A stretch of DNA of 25,139 nucleotides from an uncultured bacterium (GTDB taxonomy: Bacteria > JAJVIF01 > JAPKYR01): NCBI GenBank assembly GCA_965369865.1, contig CBDURU010000043.1, positions 1-25,139 on the forward strand, written 5' to 3'. Shown here one piece after another: positions 22,939 through 25,139 of this stretch. Every line of letters begins with the position of its first letter. The first letter of the stretch is position 1. The notes under the pieces are model-generated. The model searched no databases, was not told the origin of the DNA, and worked only from the letters and a program-made list of their open reading frames with translations. Both the position numbers and the translations under genes were made by a program.

Positions 22939-25080
22939 ATGCAAAGAGTACCCGCTCATAAAGGAATGCTCTGTCACTTGATAAGGCACGCCAGGCCGGA
23001 CCTGGTCAAGTCAATTGAAGATACGCAAACAGTCGAGACCGCTGTAGTCGGTTTAGGAAGGCAGGGAACCAGGCATGCCGGACTGATGCGTGACTTCGGT
23101 ACGACCGTCACGGCTGGTATCGCTCCCGGACGCGGTGGCCAGAGAATTCACGAGACGATCCCGGTATATGACACCGTGGCTGACTGTCTCGAAGAACATC
23201 CGAATATCGCTGCGGTTTCCATATGGAAACATTTCACCAGTGCCAGGGACGCCGCTCTTGAGGTTATCGAAGCCGGTATACCTCTGGTCATGCTTATTAC
23301 AGAAGGGATCCCGCTACGCGATGTAAGGGATATCCTCGTCGCCTGCCGGAAACATAAGACTGTCATGTTTGGTGGAAATACACCTGGAGTTATATTCCCG
23401 CCCGAAGGAATCAAGGTCGGGATGCTTCCGGACGTGTTTTATCCTGAGGAGGTCGAACCCGGTATAGCGGGACCGCATGGGGTAACAATTATCTCGCGAA
23501 GCGGTGCGATTCTCTATCACTTGTCTGATGCTCTCGCGAGCGCAGGGATCGCCCAGAACGCGGTGCTTGGAATCGGCGGCGACGGTGCGAACGGCTCGAC
23601 ATTCCAGGATCTCGTACCTGTTGCAATGAATTACGAAAACACTGACCTGGTTGTGATTGCGGGTGAGATTGGCGGATCCAAGGAAGAGCTGCTTGCCGAA
23701 GACATTAAGGCTAATCCTGATAAATATCACAAACCGATGGTTGCCTTGATTTCCGGAGCAAATGCACCCGAAGGAAAAACGATGGGGCATGCCGGGGCGA
23801 TTGTCGCTCCGGGACAGGAATACGGGACGTTTAAATCGAAGAAAGAAGCTCTTGAATCAGTCGGGGTAACGGTTGTCAACAGCCAGTACGACCTGATTGA
23901 AACTGTAAATGATAAGCTGGCCGGAAAAACATACTTCGATACAACCCTGTATTACGACAAGATGAAGGCCACCTGGGAAGAAGCGCCGAAAAAACCGGGC
24001 TGGGGAACATTGATTACAAGCATCGTACCTAATGAAATGCTCCTTTCAGGTTACCCGATTGAAGAAGTAATTGAAAATGCAAGCTTTCTTGAAGCTGCTC
24101 ATCTCCTCGTGAAACTTGAACTGCCCAGAGAAGAAACTCTGAAGGAGCATGAGAAAGCAGCGATCGCAGCGTCGAAACTCCCTGCTCCGCCGATTGAAAG
24201 GTTTGAGGGTGAGGATATTTCGGCCGCACTCGCGAAAAGTTTCCTGATGGACAAAATCCTGCAGGAAATGACCGAGAAGGGCAAGGACGGTCCTGTCAAC
24301 AAAACCATATACGCTCTAGGTCGATTCGCGCGGTACCTTGCGTTTATTCTTGGTAATGAAGAAGCCATGGATGCTGCGGGTGAAGATGAAGGTTTCAGGG
24401 GCATAATTTATCGTGCGGTGACGGGAGCAAAAAAATATGATGCCAAACGTGCGAAGATAATTGAGCAGATCATAACGACATGCGTTGATCACGGAGCCAC
24501 CCCTCCATCGGCGCAGTCGACAATTCTTGCGGCCACGGTAAGGCCATCGTACCAGGTGGGCATATCAGCCGGTATTGGGGCAATTACGGATGTACATGGT
24601 GGAGCCGGTGGTGAAGCGGCAAGGTTCTTCAAGAAGTGTGTAGAGAAATCCGAATCGGATAATATCGATCTGTCGGATGCGACAGTGGCAATATTGAATG
24701 AGTACGTTAAGGCAGGCAAACGTGTTGGCGGACTTGGACATCGCGTCCATACTACAGATCCACGTCGAACTCCGCTGTGGAAACTTGTAGATGACTCCGG
24801 ACATTCAGGAAAATGCGTAGAAATCTCAAAAATGGTGACCGATATTTTCGAGAGAGTCCGGGGTATGAATCTGCCTATCAACGTGGACGGGGTAATAGGT
24901 GCTATAGTTGCTGATCTTGGTCTGCATCCGGACCTGGCCAAGGCACTTTTCGTGTATGGCCGGGTTGTGGGGCTTTCCGCTCACTTCTTCGAGGAAGTAG
25001 CCAGCCAGCCCCAGATGCGTAGGGTCAATTTTGGAGACGCGGTTTATAAAGGTAAGGAAAAGAGGTCCTGGCCTAAATGA
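22939..25080 (+). CDS. SucD-like CoA-binding/phospho-His subunit fused to a citrate-synthase-fold (citryl-CoA lyase-like) domain; ATP citrate lyase alpha-type architecture
   Basis: ITEGIP, GGNTPG, IISRSG, GIGGD, GEIGG and MGHAGA (His codon 23788-23790). From about 24001, WGTLIT...GYPIEEVI, DHGATPPS, HGGAG, GLGHRVH, DPR, NVDG and GRVVGLSAH. RBS CAGGAG. Confidence 0.9.
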   Translation: MQRVPAHKGMLCHLIRHARPDLVKSIEDTQTVETAVVGLGRQGTRHAGLMRDFGTTVTAGIAPGRGGQRIHETIPVYDTVADCLEEHPNIAAVSIWKHFTSARDAALEVIEAGIPLVMLITEGIPLRDVRDILVACRKHKTVMFGGNTPGVIFPPEGIKVGMLPDVFYPEEVEPGIAGPHGVTIISRSGAILYHLSDALASAGIAQNAVLGIGGDGANGSTFQDLVPVAMNYENTDLVVIAGEIGGSKEELLAEDIKANPDKYHKPMVALISGANAPEGKTMGHAGAIVAPGQEYGTFKSKKEALESVGVTVVNSQYDLIETVNDKLAGKTYFDTTLYYDKMKATWEEAPKKPGWGTLITSIVPNEMLLSGYPIEEVIENASFLEAAHLLVKLELPREETLKEHEKAAIAASKLPAPPIERFEGEDISAALAKSFLMDKILQEMTEKGKDGPVNKTIYALGRFARYLAFILGNEEAMDAAGEDEGFRGIIYRAVTGAKKYDAKRAKIIEQIITTCVDHGATPPSAQSTILAATVRPSYQVGISAGIGAITDVHGGAGGEAARFFKKCVEKSESDNIDLSDATVAILNEYVKAGKRVGGLGHRVHTTDPRRTPLWKLVDDSGHSGKCVEISKMVTDIFERVRGMNLPINVDGVIGAIVADLGLHPDLAKALFVYGRVVGLSAHFFEEVASQPQMRRVNFGDAVYKGKEKRSWPK

Positions 25081-25101
25081 AGTAAACCTCTAATAGTTTG
25101 T

Positions 25102-25122
25102 AGCCGAATCATTACGGCTTTT
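25102..25122 (+). terminator. Weak candidate terminator at the end of the cluster
   Basis: AGCCG-aatcatta-CGGCT followed by TTT, 21 nt after the stop codon. Confidence 0.35.
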
Positions 25123-25139
25123 AAAAATAGATTGTTATT

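Noticed and set aside
844..24941. Long antisense ORFs (e.g. 844-1608, 16261-17016, 20179-20787, 22108-22620, 24489-24941)
   Set aside because: They are shadows of well-supported sense genes with no family motifs.
13515..25080. Calling the cluster a canonical reverse TCA (korAB-icd-acn-aclBA) autotrophy locus
   Set aside because: The dehydrogenase lacks the Icd SLN motif, the hydro-lyases are LeuCD/Hac-type, and the beta chain lacks AclB motifs. Kept only as the alternative hypothesis.
1..25139. tRNA, rRNA, integrase or transposase genes
   Set aside because: None recognised by eye in the intergenic regions or the ORF track. A covariance-model scan would be needed to exclude small RNAs.

Overview
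Bacterial genomic window, probably from a diderm anaerobe. It has three parts. (1) 245-7926: envelope genes (an elongated MCE/MlaD protein with a C-terminal beta-barrel-like end, and a TamB-like protein), plus a convergent type II NADH dehydrogenase. (2) 7997-11630: an accessory 7-repeat beta-propeller lipoprotein gene, bracketed by two direct copies of a composite REP-like element and followed by a hairpin-dense non-coding stretch. (3) 11756-25080: a co-oriented metabolic cluster encoding a family III CoA-transferase, a 2-oxoacid:ferredoxin oxidoreductase (alpha, and beta-gamma fusion), a beta-decarboxylating dehydrogenase, an HD-domain protein, two aconitase-family hydro-lyases (one fused, with an altered active site), a SucC-like subunit and a SucD-like/citryl-CoA-lyase-like fusion. 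The gene set looks like the carboxylating arm of the reverse TCA cycle. However, the dehydrogenase and one hydro-lyase carry motifs I recall from fungal homoisocitrate dehydrogenase (Lys12) and homoaconitase (Lys4). My leading hypothesis is a one-carbon-longer glutaryl-CoA / 2-oxoadipate / homocitrate pathway ending in an ATP-citrate-lyase-like 'ATP-homocitrate lyase'. All substrate assignments are inference from motifs read by eye. No database search was run.
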